Part shown: one piece after another, positions 35,253-49,065 of the stretch
How positions within the stretch are numbered: the stretch's first letter is position 1
Layout of the letters: every line of letters starts with the position of its first letter
NCBI GenBank assembly: GCA_012295275.1
Contig: CM022675.1
Location: 12,090,001 to 12,154,000 of the forward strand
Length of the DNA stretch: 64,000 nt
From: Chrysomallon squamiferum
Taxonomy: Eukaryota > Animalia > Mollusca
Direction of reading: 5' to 3'
Program-made: the position numbers and the translations under genes
Notes under the pieces: generated by a model
Told to the model about the DNA's origin: nothing
What the model saw: only the letters and a program-made list of their open reading frames with translations
The model's database searches: none

Positions 35253-38200
35253 AACGTTTTTGCCCACACTCGCCCCGACGGCGCGCACCTTTTGCACACG
35301 TTGAAATATTTTTCCCGACCGCACGGAATAGTGCCACACGGATTTTCAACTTTTGAAAATCGAATTTTTTCAAGTTTCGTTGAAAATGCTAGGGGTACCT
35401 TTTTCAAAGTGCAATAACTTTTTCTGAGCACGTGGGAAAAATCGGGCGCGCACATACAAAAAAAGTGGGGCAAGGTTGCCCGACACGGGTGAAAAGTGCC
35501 GCACGCGCCACCCAAGGGGAACAACAACTGTTTCCGACACGTGCACAAAAAACGCACATATTTTGAAAATTTGCTCGTTTTTTTTTCAAACGCATTTTCA
35601 AAAGGTGCAGCACCTTTGGTAAATGTTGGAAACGTTTTTGCCACACTCGCCCCGACGGCGCGCACCTTTTGCACACGTTGAAATATTTTTCCCGACCGCA
35701 CGGAATAGTGCCACACGGATTTTCAACTTTTGAAAATCGAATTTTTTCAAGTTTCGTTGAAAATGCTAGGGGTACCTTTTTCAAAGTGCAATAACTTTTT
35801 CTGAGCACGTGGGAAAAATCGGGCGCACATACCCAAAAGTGGGGCAAGGGTTGCCCGACACGGGTGAAAAGTGCCGCACGCGCCACCCAAGGGGAACAAC
35901 TCGTTTCCGACACGTGCACAAAAAACGCACATATTTTGAAAATTTGCTCGTTTTTTTTTCAAACGCATTTTCAAAAGGTGCAGCACCTTTGGTAAATGTT
36001 GGAAACGTTTTTGCCACACTCGCCCCGACGGCGCGCACCTTTTGCACACGTTGAAATATTTTTCCCGACCGCACGGAATAGTGCCACACGGATTTTCAAC
36101 TTTTGAAAATCGAATTTTTTCAAGTTTCGTTGAAAATGCTAGGGGTACCTTTTTCAAAGTGCAATAACTTTTTCTGAGCACGTGGGAAAAATCGGGCGCA
36201 CATACCCAAAAGTGGGGCAAAGGTTGCCCTACACGGGTGAAAAGTGCCGCACGCGCCACCCAAGGGGAACAACTCGTTTCCGACAACACGCACAAAAACG
36301 CACATATTTTGAAAATTTGCTCGTTTTTTTTTCAAACGCATTTTCAAAAGGTGCAGCACCTTTGGTAAATGTTGGAAACGTTTTTTTGCCACACTCGCCC
36401 CGACGGCGCGCACCTTTGCACACGTTGAAATATTTTTCCCGACCGCACGGAATAGTGCCACACGGATTTTCAACTTTTGAAAATCGAATTTTTTCAAGTT
36501 TCGTTGAAAATGCTAGGGGTACCTTTTTCAAAGTGCAATAACTTTTTATCTGAGCACGGGAAAAATCGGGCGCACATACCCAAAAGTGGGGCAAGGGTTG
36601 CCCTACACGGGTGAAAAGTGCCGCACGCGCCACCCAAGGGGAACAACTCGTTTCCGACACGTGCACAAAAAACGCACATATTTTTGAAAATTTGCTCGTT
36701 TTTTTTTCAAACGCATTTTCAAAAGGTGCAGCACCTTTGGTAAATGTTGGAAACGTTTTTGCCACACTCGCCCCGACGGCGCGCACCTTTTGCACACGTT
36801 GAAATATTTTTCCCGACCGCACGGAATAGTGCCACACGGATTTTCAACTTTTGAAAATCGAATTTTTTCAAGTTTCGTTGAAAATGCTAGGGGTACCTTT
36901 TTCAAAGTGCAATAACTTTTTCTGAGCACGTGGGAAAAATCGGGCGCACATACCCAAAAGTGGGGCAAGGGTTGCCCTACACGGGTGAAAAGTGCCGCAC
37001 GCGCCACCCAAGGGGAACAACTCGTTTCCGACACGTGCACAAAAAACGCACATATTTTGAAAATTTGCTTTTTTTTTTTTTTCAAACGCATTTTCAAAAG
37101 GTGCAGCACCTTTGGTAAATGTTGGACGTTTTTTTTGCCACACTCGCCCCGACGGCGCGCACCTTTGCACACGTTGAAATATTTTTCCCGACCGCACGGA
37201 ATAGTGCCACACGGATTTTCAATTTTGAAAATCGAATTTTTTTTCAAGTTTCGTTGAAAATGCTAGGGGTATTTTTTTTTTCAAAGTGCAATAACTTTTT
37301 TTCTGAGCACGTGGGAAAAATCGGGCGCACATATAAAAAAGTGGGGCAAGGGTTGCCCGACACGGGTGAAAAGTGCCGCACGCGCCACCCAAGGGGAACA
37401 ACTCGTTTCCGACACGTGCAAAAAACGCACATATTTTGAAAAAATTTGCTTTTTTTTTTCAAACGCATTTTCAAAAGGTGCAGCACCTTTGGTAAATGTT
37501 GGAAACGTTTTTGCCACACTCGCCCCGACGGCGCGCACCTTTTGCACACGTTGAAATATTTTTCCCGACCGCACGGAATAGTGCCACACGGATTTTCAAT
37601 TTTGAAAATCGAATTTTTCAAGTTTCGTTGAAAATGCTAGGGGGGTATAACTTTTTTCAAAGTGCAATAACTTTTTCTGAGCACGTGGGAAAAATCGGGC
37701 GCACATACCCAAAAGTGGGGCAAGGGTTGCCCTACACGGGTGAAAAGTGCCGCACGCGCCACCCAAGGGGAACAACTCGTTTCCGACACGTGCACAAAAA
37801 ACGCACATATTTTTGAAAATTTGCTTTTTTTTTTCAAACGCATTTTCAAAAGGGGCAGCACCTTTGGTAAATGTTGGAAACGTTTTTGCCACACTCGCCC
37901 CGACGGCGCGCACCTTTTGCACACGTTGAAATATTTTTCCCGACCGCACGGAATAGTGCCACACGGATTTTCAATTTTTGAAAATCGAATTTTTTCAAGT
38001 TTCGTTGAAAATGCTAGGGGTACCTTTTTCAAAGTGCAATAACTTTTTCTGAGCACGTGGGAAAAATCGGGCGCACATACCCAAAAGTGGGGCAAGGGTT
38101 GCCCTACACGGGTGAAAAGTGCCGCACGCGCCACCCAAGGGGAACAACTCGTTTCCGACACGTGCACAAAAAACGCACATATTTTGAAAATTTGCTCGTT

Positions 38201-41200
38201 TTTTTTTCAAACGCATTTTCAAAAGGTGCAGCACCTTTGGTAAATGTTGGAAACGTTTTTGCCACACTCGCCCCGACGGCGCGCACCTTTTGCACACGTT
38301 GAAATATTTTTCCCGACCGCACGGAATAGTGCCACACGGATTTTCAATTTTGAAAATCGAATTTTTCAAGTTTCGTTGAAAATGCTAGGGGTACTTTTTT
38401 TTCAAAGTGCAATAACTTTTTCTGAGCACGTGGGAAAAATCGGGCGCACATACCCAAAGTGGGGCAAGGGTTGCCCGACACGGGTGAAAAGTGCCGCACG
38501 CGCCACCCAAGGGGAACAACTCGTTTCCGACACGTGCACAAAAAACGCACATATTTTTGAAAATTTGCTCTTTTTTTTTTCAAACGCATTTTCAAAAGGT
38601 GCAGCACCTTTGGTAAATGTTGGAAACGTTTTTGCCACACTCGCCCCGACGGCGCGCACCTTTTGCACACGTTGAAATATTTTTCCCGACCGCACGGAAT
38701 AGTGCCACACGGATTTTCAATTTTTGAAAATCGAATTTTTTCAAGTTTCGTTGAAAATGCTAGGGGTACCTTTTTCAAAGTGCAATAACTTTTTCTGAGC
38801 ACGTGGGAAAAATCGGGCGCACATACCCAAAAGTGGGGCAAGGGTTGCCCGACACGGGTGAAAAGTGCCGCACGCGCCACCCAAGGGGAACAACTCGTTT
38901 CCGACACGTGCACAAAAAACGCACATATTTTTGAAAATTTGCTCTTTTTTTTTTCAAACGCATTTTCAAAAGGTGCAGCACCTTTGGTAAATGTTGGAAA
39001 CGTTTTTGCCACACTCGCCCCGACGGCGCGCACCTTTTGCACACGTTGAAATATTTTTCCCGACCGCACGGAATAGTGCCACACGGATTTTCAATTTTTG
39101 AAAATCGAATTTTTTCAAGTTTCGTTGAAAATGCTAGGGGTACCTTTTTCAAAGTGCAATAACTTTTTCTGAGCACGTGGGAAAAATCGGGCGCACATAC
39201 CCAAAAGTGGGGCAAGGGTTGCCCGACACGGGTGAAAAGTGCCGCACGCGCCACCCAAGGGGAACAACTCGTTTCCGAAACGTGCACAAAAAACGCACAT
39301 ATTTTTGAAAATTTGCTTTTTTTTTTCAAACGCATTTTCAAAAGGTGCAGCACCTTTGGTAAATGTTGGAAACGTTTTTGCCACACTCGCCCCGACGGCG
39401 CGCACCTTTTGCACACGTTGAAATATTTTTCCCGACCGCACGGAATAGTGCCACACGGATTTTCAATTTTTGAAAATCGAATTTTTTCAAGTTTCGTTGA
39501 AAATGCTAGGGGTACCTTTTCAAAGTGCAATTTTTTTTTTCTGAGCACGTGGGAAAAATCGGGCGCACATACCCAAAAGTGGGGCAAGGGTTGCCCGACA
39601 CGGGTGAAAAGTGCCGCACGCGCCACCCAAGGGGAACAACTCGTTTCCGACACGTGCACAAAAAACGCACATATTTTTGAAAATTTGCTCGTTTTTTTTC
39701 AAACGCATTTTCAAAAGGTGCAGCACCTTTGGTAAATGTTGGAAACGTTTTTGCCACACTCGCCCCGACGGCGCGCACCTTTTGCACACGTTGAAATATT
39801 TTTCCCGACCGCACGGAATAGTGCCACACGGATTTTCAATTTTTGAAAATCGAATTTTTTCAAGTTTCGTTGAAAATGCTAGGGGTACCTTTTTCAAAGT
39901 GCAATAACTTTTTCTGAGCACGTGGGAAAAATCGGGCGCACATACCAAAAAAGTGGGGCAAAGGGTTGCCCGACACGGGTGAAAAGTGCCGCACGCGCCA
40001 CCCAAGGGGAACAACTCGTTTCCGACACGTGCACAAAAAAAACGCACATATTTTGAAAATTTTTCGTTTTTTTTTCAAACGCATTTTCAAAAGGTGCAGC
40101 ACCTTTGGTAAATGTTGGAAACGTTTTTGCCACACTCGCCCCGACGGCGCGCACCTTTTGCACACGTTGAAATATTTTTCCCGACCGCACGGAATAGTGC
40201 CACACGGATTTTCAATTTTTGAAAATCGAATTTTTTCAAGTTTCGTTGAAAATGCTAGGGGTACTTTTTTTTTCAAAGTGCAATATTTTTTTTTCTGAGC
40301 ACGTGGGAAAAATCGGGCGCACATACCCAAAAGTGGGGCAAGGGTTGCCCGACACGGGTGAAAAGTGCCGCACGCGCCACCCAAGGGGAACAACTCGTTT
40401 CCGACACGTGCACAAAAAACGCACATATTTTTGAAAATTTGCTCGTTTTTTTTTCAAACGCATTTTCAAAAGGTGCAGCACCTTTGGTAAATGTTGGAAC
40501 GTTTTTTTTGCCACACTCGCCCCGACGGCGCGCACCTTTGCACACGTTGAAATATTTTTCCCGACCGCACGGAATAGTGCCACACGGATTTTCAATTTTT
40601 GAAAATCGAATTTTTTCAAGTTTCGTTGAAAATGCTAGGGGTACCTTTTTCAAAGTGCAATAACTTTTTCTGAGCACGTGGGAAAAATCGGGCGCACATA
40701 CCCAAAAGTGGGGCAAGGGTTGCCCGACACGGGTGAAAAGTGCCGCACGCGCCACCCAAGGGGAACAACTCGTTTCCGACACGTGCACAAAAAACGCACA
40801 TATTTTTGAAAATTTGCTCGTTTTTTTTTTCAAACGCATTTTCAAAAGGTGCAGCACCTTTGGTAAATGTTGGAAACGTTTTTGCCACACTCGCCCCCGA
40901 CGGCGCGCACTTTTTTGCACACGTTGAAATATTTTTCCCGACCGCACGGAATAGTGCCACACGGATTTTCAATTTTGAAAATCGAATTTTTTCAAGTTTC
41001 GTTGAACAAATGCTAGGGTACCTTTTTTCAAAGTGCAATAACTTTTTCTGAGCACGTGGGAAAAATCGGGCGCACATACCCAAAAGTGGGGCAAGGGTTG
41101 CCCTACACGGGTGAAAAGTGCCGCACGCGCCACCCAAGGGGAACAACTCGTTTCCGACACGTGCACAAAAAACGCACATATTTTTGAAAATTTGCTCGTT

Positions 41201-42322
41201 TTTTTTTCAAACGCATTTTCAAAAGGTGCAGCACCTTTGGTAAATGTTGGAAACGTTTTTGCCACACTCGCCCCGACGGCGCGCACCTTTTGCACACGTT
41301 GAAATATTTTTCCCGACCGCACGGAATAGTGCCACACGGATTTTCAATTTTTGAAAATCGAATTTTTTCAAGTTTCGTTGAAAATGCTAGGGGTACCTTT
41401 TTCAAAGTGCAATAACTTTTTCTGAGCACGTGGGAAAAATCGGGCGCACATACCCAAAAGTGGGGCAAGGGTTGCCCTACACGGGTGAAAAGTGCCGCAC
41501 GCGCCACCCAAGGGGAACAACTCGTTTCCGACACGCACACAAAAACGCACATATTTTTGAAAATTTGCTCGTTTTTTTTTCAAACGCATTTTCAAAAGGT
41601 GCAGCACCTTTGGTAAATGTTGGAAACGTTTTTGCCACACTCGCCCCGACGGCGCGCACCTTTTGCACACGTTGAAATATTTTTCCCGACCGCACGGAAT
41701 AGTGCCACACGGATTTTCAATTTTTGAAAATCGAATTTTTTCAAGTTTCGTTGAAAATGCTAGGGGTACCTTTTTCAAAGTGCAATAACTTTTTCTGAGC
41801 ACGTGGGAAAAATCGGGCGCACATACCCAAAAGTGGGGCAAGGGTTGCCCGACACGGGTGAAAAGTGCCGCACGCGCCACCCAAGGGGAACAACTCGTTT
41901 CCGACACGTGCACAAAAAACGCACATATTTTTGAAAATTTGCTCGTTTTTTTTTCAAACGCATTTTCAAAAGGTGCAGCACCTTTGGTAAATGTTGGAAA
42001 CGTTTTTGCCACACTCGCCCCGACGGCGCGCACCTTTTGCACACGTTGAAATATTTTTCCCGACCGCACGGAATAGTGCCACACGGATTTTCAATTTTTA
42101 AGAACCTAATATTTTCAAGACGCGATGAAAATGCAAGTGGTACCTTTTTCAAAGTGGAAGAACTTTTTATTGGCACGTGGCAAAAATGGGGCACTCGTAC
42201 CCAAAAGTGAGGGAAGGGTTTCCCGACACATATTTTAAAATTTACTTTGTTTTTCTTTCTCATGCATTTAAAATATGTGGCGCACCTTTTGTAAATGTTG
42301 AAAACGTTTTTGCCGCACTCGC
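35253..42322. repeat. CpG-rich tandem satellite, ~375-bp monomer, 18 full units plus one diverged, shortened unit
   Basis: aacgtttttgccacactcgccccgacggcg recurs at 35253, 35631, 36004, 36377, 36752 ... 41626, 41999, 42303; units differ mainly in homopolymer length. Confidence 0.98.
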
Positions 42323-42406
42323 CCCTAACCTTCACCCAAACCCTCTAACCCTAACCCTAACCCTAACCATGTAACCCCCTAACGCTAATCCTAAACCTAA
42401 CCTAAC
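42323..42406 (-). repeat. Degenerate telomere-type (TTAGGG)n tract
   Basis: + strand ccctaaccttcacccaaaccctctaaccctaaccctaaccctaaccatgtaaccccctaacgctaatcctaaacctaacctaac; three consecutive perfect CCCTAA at 42349-42366. Confidence 0.8.
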
Positions 42407-42574
42407 TACTAAATAAATAAATAAATAAATAAAGTAAAAGCAAAAAAAAATTAATTGAAAAATAGAAAATATTAATAGAAACTGTTTTTTAAAACAATAA
42501 AAGAAATAAAATATAATAAAATAAAAATAAAAAAATATTTCTATTTGTTTTGTAATATCTGACCTTTTTCTTAC

Positions 42575-43710
42575 TTATCAGTCTGACTCCTTTCATTGTT
42601 GTGTTTCTATAATACTCATCAACATCTATCATGGCCTGAAAGTGGTTTTCGAAAAACCAGTTAACATTTCATGAAGGATTATTATTTACTTTTCTTGTAA
42701 AGCCAAACTGGAGACATACACACTCTCTCACACACATTGGTATGTATTGTTTTATCTGCTTGTCACTGAAAATTTACAAAAAATAAATAATCATTATATT
42801 CCACAGAAAAGATGGTGAACTGAAAAAGCATAATTAAGGATGCTTTTATAGTTTTAAAAAATTTACTAGTTGTAATCCCACAAGTTAAAAAATAAATGTT
42901 CCACTAAAAACAGTAAATGACAGAAGCAGAAGTTGTGTTTGTGGAATTATGTATATGGCTGTATAAACAATTTAAAAATACTGTGTAATCCTTGCACATA
43001 ATTAATTTGTTATTAAATTAACTAAGAGAAGGAATAAAAGTCTTATATGTACCAAATTGGAATGCTTATCAAAGACAATATGTAACCGTGTGGATTCCTC
43101 ACATGAAGACTGCATTTCTTGTTCATACACTAGCCTGGAGTTTTTCTTCAATAATATTGTATAGTAAAAGAACTTCTTTTTTTTTTTTCTTTTTTTAAAA
43201 CAAAAAAAAAACCATAAATAAAATAAATGTTTAAAAATATGTAACAATAAATAAAAAGGATAAATTCAAAGGATAATATGGTATGAAATAAGTACAAGCT
43301 TTTGCATCAGATTATATATCAATGGAATCCATATATGAATCTTACATCAAGGGAGATAATTCTTGCATAGAACATCAGTTCCTATGATAAAACCAACCAG
43401 TAATTAGACAACAGCAATATAATTTTAATTCTGATAATCTGAAGAAGCCATTTCAAATTGGTTGAAAGAATGTATTCATCACTAATAACAATTAGAAAAA
43501 CTAAAACAAACTCAGTTTAAAATCTGGGAAACAAATTCTTAGTCTCTGTATATTCAATAAATTAATTTTCCTTTTCATTGAGAGCTGGATTTAGTAGATA
43601 TTTTCATGACCATGTTATGTACTCTCCTGTCTATGGGATGGTACAGATCAGTGGAAATAGTAGCAAAAGAAGTGCTTGCAGTTGACTTCTCATTATCTAA
43701 GTGTTTGATT
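42575..43710 (-). pseudogene. Further exon-like segments of the - strand gene downstream of the stop
   Basis: Exon-like 43134-43087, 42765-42690 and 42635-42575 have GT/AG ends and mutually compatible phases; the segment near 43710 has tgtcaa where an acceptor tgtcag is expected. Confidence 0.35.
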
Positions 43711-44485
43711 TGACACCACATAACAAATACAATGATGTAAGTATATATAATTAATTTGTTGGTTTTTGGGGGAGGTTTTGGGGGTAAGTAAAATAAACCA
43801 AAAAAAAGAACAAACAAATAATAAAATTTAAAAATTAACAAATTTTATTTATTGAAATAATCAATGTTTTTATTTCTAAAAAAAATATATATATCAATAT
43901 TTTTTACAATGAAATAAAAATTATAAAATATATGATATTCTTAACAAACATCTCATACAAAAAATATTTTTATTTCAACAGTAAATTATGTGTATGTTTA
44001 TGTTAGGCTGATGTTAATGCCATTTCCTGGGTTTTTCAATTCCCTCTCTTTGTCTGCAACAAATGAATGAATATTTCTTTAATGCATTTTAACTCATACA
44101 AGGTAACCAATGATTTTTTTGTTTTGTGGGAGGCAAGTTCATTTGTTCGTTTTCATTTTTCTGTTTTTTTGTTTTATTTTTTTCTATTTTTTCTTTGTTG
44201 TAAATAATTATATCAGTATACCAGTTTAAGGACACTAACTGGAAAACACCCAACTTAACACAACATTTACATGTCAGAAACCCAGTACATGTTACTTTTT
44301 TAATTTAAAGACAATGGACTCTCAACATGTTCTACTTGTAATCAGGGTTCAGTACTGTTATATGAAATTAATGATTAAAACTAATTTTGGTATTGAAGAC
44401 TGGTTGAACTACGTAAGTTTTTATGATTACATACCTTGTCTGAAGAGTCCCATCATGAATCTGTTGAAGTTTCCTTTAATTCTTT

Positions 44486-46164
44486 TTAAAAATTTGGCTG
44501 TGGGTTTTCACATTCATTAGCGATGTTGCTTTCAGCACAGCTGAAAAATATCAGTAAACATTAAAATTATTTCATTCACAGCTTAGTGTCACAATTTGAC
44601 TCAGATATTTGATTGTTACATTATTACTAAAATAAACTTTCAGAATAGTAACAAGTCAAATTAAAGTTAATTACAAATTTTAGAAAACTTTATATGTCAC
44701 AAAATATATCTGCATGACCAAGAAATATATATTTTATTTTATAATATTAATATGAGATATTTACAATTACTAACCTTTGAGTCTGGTTCCCAGTTATGCA
44801 ACCACTGTCCTGGTAAATCATCTGCAACAACAACAGAAAGTCAAAATTTAATTGTCTTTACTTTCAAATTATTTTGTTCAGAGACGAGTGGTTGCAAAAT
44901 ATTAAACAACATCAATAAGAATCATAACAGATTCACAGCAGTTCATGAAATTTGTCATTATTTATTTTACACAAGTTTTTTCATGTTTGATAAAAAAAAA
45001 AAAAAAATGTATTTCTATACTGATTACTTCTTAATTCTGTGAATGCAGCTTCCACTTCTGTTTACTGTTAGAAAAACAAATTTACAAAGCTGAACAGCTT
45101 TTTTCTATCTCTGTATAAGCCACATTTTGTCTAAACCTATTTGGTTATCTATGCACTGAAGTATTTGTCTCATATATTTTGTACATTTGTAAATCTGATA
45201 ATCAACTTAGACTAGTTTATAACTAATAAAAATAAATAATTGCAATTTGTTTTTGTTTGATTAATTAAAATTTGAGTAAGAATAATCTTCTTTTTTTTTT
45301 CTTTATTTTATGTAATACATACCATTTTTGATTGGTTATGATTTTCTGGAATCTTTGTGTCCTAAATCAAGAAAAACACACCCAACTTTGTATTACACAC
45401 TTTTAACACTGTATTATAAAAGAAAACAGAACTGTAAATATTCGTTGATATACATTTGTATCAACAAATTAAACTTGAATGGCTTCTGATGCTAATTGAG
45501 AGACTATTTTTTATTTCCAAATTAGTTACAACTTTAAATCACTCGTGTTTTTGTAAATCTCATTAAAGTGAATTATCATTTAACTCTTTTAATTTTGAAC
45601 AATATGAGAGATAAAACTCACTCCAGCTGCACAACAACTTTTATATTAATTTTATCATAGACAAGAAAACATGACAATATTTTATAAATCACATGTACGA
45701 ACTGAATGCTAAATGAAATAACCCAAATGTTGCACTAAAGTGATTTAATCATGTTTCCACCAAATATCAGTACAGAGATCTAATGAACAGTCTAGTGCGT
45801 CCTCCTATGTCAGCCATATTTAAATATTATAATCCATTCTTTTGTTGTTTATTTTTTATTTTTGTAAATGAGAAAATCAATTCTTTTTATTTATTTTTTA
45901 TTTTTTAAATAGTCTGCAGTGTGGAAAATATCCAGTCGAAATGGCAAAACAACTATCCATTAGCAAACAAAAACTAGAAAATACTAACCAATATCTTAGC
46001 CACATCATCATACATATCAGATCCAACAAAGTGAGAAACAATGTCATCTATCATTGACCAATCAGAATTTAGACTGACCGTTCTCTTCTCACCTACATAT
46101 TTATATTTATCTCCATAACAAGAAACAGAAGATGTACTCACTTTCAAAAAAAATGAATAAATAA

Positions 46165-46199
<35 letters not shown>

Positions 46200-47604
46200 T
46201 GAGTTATTTTCATTTACATCAAATTATTTATCTTAATATCTCCATTATAATATAATAATATTACCAATTTTTTTCCTTTTTTCCCTTTTTTTCCCCTTTT
46301 TAAATCAACAGTGATCTAGAAATACATGTTAATAAAGTACATAGTTTTAAATTATTTGTTATTGCTAGGTGGTTACTTAAAATATTACTGTAAAGACATA
46401 TAAGTAAAATCATACATCTAGCTTAAAATACTTACTATTAGATTTATCCACCTGAAAAGCAAGAATACATAATTAATTTTACTTTATTATTGTTTGTATT
46501 TTATTCAATTAATTTTATTACAGTGGTTTATTTTGTATATTGTTAGTTATAGAGTCTCATAAATTTCATAAATGTATCATGGTTTCACATATTCAGACAG
46601 TTACTATGAGTTCTCTTGCTGTTTCAAACAATGCTTGTTTGCTTGTTGACTTAGTTCAGATCAATGGCAGATTTTTAAAACAGATAATGTCTGATAAAGT
46701 GATAACAGAAGAAGAAAAAAACAGAGGTGTTTTCATGAAGATTAAGTAAAAAATTAAAACCTACCTCTAACTTATCCAAGGAATGTGGCCTTTCAAGAAA
46801 CTTTTTTTTGTCCTGAAGTCATATGTAATAAATTATTAACAGAAGTACAAAATAATTAAAATATTCACCTCTATTAATCTAATTATTAGAAGGCATAAAA
46901 CTTTAATTAACAGAAATACTAAGAAAGCATATAAACTCATTTAACAGTGATAATTCTGAATAATTATAATCTTATTTAATATCAACGAAGTTAAATATTA
47001 ATAGCAAAATTTACATAAATAAAATATGATAATTATAAGCCTATTTAATATCAACGAAGTTAAATATTAATAACAAAATTTACATAACTAAAATATGAAA
47101 ATAATTACAAATAAGTGGGCAAGTTCCTTGTGGTCATCAGATGAGTGAAATTCTCTAACAATTTCATCGAGGAGTGACCACGAGCTGTCCAGACGCAAGT
47201 CAAAATCAACGTCATCCTCAAAGAAATTTGTACAGGAGGAACTCGGTGACACTGGAAGTGCAATTAACAGATTCATTAATTTACGTTTATTATTTTAACA
47301 TTAAAATGGTTAATTAGTTATATTGTATAAATCTCTATTACAAAAACACAAAAATGCATAAACTTGTAGAAAAAGAATTATATAAATATCAGTAAAATTA
47401 TTTTGTCTACAATTCTTAAATACAGTTAAACTCCTCATACTACTGCTGACTAGAAATATACTAAAAGTTTATCCTTTCTAACTAACTGAACTACTCACAG
47501 TTTTTGCTGGAGTGTGGAGAGCTTATGTCTGTAAAACGGATTTCTCCAGGATCCTGGAAATTAAAAATATGTAGAAATAGAATCTATAAAAAAGAATTTG
47601 ATTT

Positions 47605-47652
<48 letters not shown>

Positions 47653-47942
47653 GAAAAGAAATCAAATCAACAATTAAAATTGTTATTTGATAAAGTTTAT
47701 CTTGTTTCCTCTTTTTGCAAGGTTATTATTTATTTATTTATTATTATTATTACTATTATTATTTTAATGTTGATTAAAACAGTTGTATTTTATGAATACG
47801 TTTTCTAAACTGCTCTATAAAATTGTTCTGAATAAAGAAGTAAATTTTAAGTAAAAGTTGTGCGGTAGAAAAACGTACATCGCTGGTGATGTCAGAAGAC
47901 TGATTAAAATCTCCATCAGTGTTCATCCAGGGCTTCCATTCC
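44486..47942 (-). CDS. Uncharacterised multi-exon gene with an internally repeated motif (possibly a pseudogene)
   Basis: Phase-consistent GT-AG exons on the - strand: 47942-47879, 47553-47499, 47251-47109, 46812-46765, 46451-46436, 46140-45989, 45361-45323, 44821-44775, 44540-44435 (in-frame TAA at 44488-44486). A probable non-coding first exon has its donor at 49541. No family recognised. Confidence 0.55.
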
Positions 47943-48114
47943 CTTAAAACAAAACAGCTGTACTATTAGAAACACACTTTTAAAATACAGCAACGATACT
48001 CTTACTTGCAGTACTTAAAAGTTTATAATGATGTGTCAAGACACCTTATGAAATGTCAACTGAGATATATTTGTAAATTTTGTGACCGATTAATTGGCAC
48101 CAATTTAATTTATT

Positions 48115-48160
<46 letters not shown>

Positions 48161-49057
48161 GACATATATATAAAATTAAAATCCGAAACTTAAGACAAGG
48201 AAAGAAACAATATTAATAGCAAATATAAATGATAAAAATAAAACGGAAACACAGGGCCCGCCACTATTTAGAGAAAAACAGATAGGATTATTACGCCTAT
48301 TTTGTCAAATGCATATAAGTCTCATTTATAGTCTTCCAAAGTATTTATGTCAGGGAAATTGATAGCAATGATCAAAAACTGATTTTAGGTTACCGAGTGT
48401 GGAGTTGAGAAAATAACGTTCTGTGTTACCTACTCAAGGGAAATAACCTTTACTGTTATTAGTCTTAGAATAACAAAACAGTTCCGGTTTATAAAACTAT
48501 AGCCTGACTATAAATATCCAAAGAAATTATAATTACTAAATGGTGAGAGAGAAAATGTGAAATATTTCACTGACAGAGCTTTTTAGAAAATCTTCTGCTA
48601 CGAAATTAACATATGCGTTAGAGAGCTTATTTTTTAATTTATTTTATTTTTTTATTTTTTTTATTTTTTTTTTTATATTTGACATATCACATTAATTCAG
48701 TCAAAACTGGAAATAAATATAATATCATCTTTTCAAATTAAAAATAATTGAATTAATAAATGAAATAACTTAATTAAATTAATGAATTACAATTATATTA
48801 TAAATTTATCAACAAATTATAATAATGGCTTTTAAGTGCTGAAGGCAAAGATTTGAAAATCATACTCTGAGCTTTGATCAAGCGAAGTCACCGATGGGGT
48901 GCATACAATTTCGACTGCACCTTTCTTTTGTTTAGATGGCCGCTTCATCTTAATTTTTTTTAAATCGAGTGAATTCCGCAGAAAATTCATTTTTCTCAAT
49001 CGGAAAAAGTCTGAACTCTTACAAACTTCGAAGCGCGTTAGTTCGTTGTCAAAGAGA

Positions 49058-49065
49058 TGACGTCA
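49058..49065. promoter_or_regulatory. Perfect CRE palindrome TGACGTCA in a locally CpG-rich patch
   Basis: agagaTGACGTCAtat; another perfect CRE at ~25679. Confidence 0.3.

Noticed and set aside
35253-42335. Dozens of overlapping 60-290 aa ORFs on both strands
   Set aside because: They are translations of the stop-poor satellite monomer, with frames switching at homopolymer indels; no domain is recognisable
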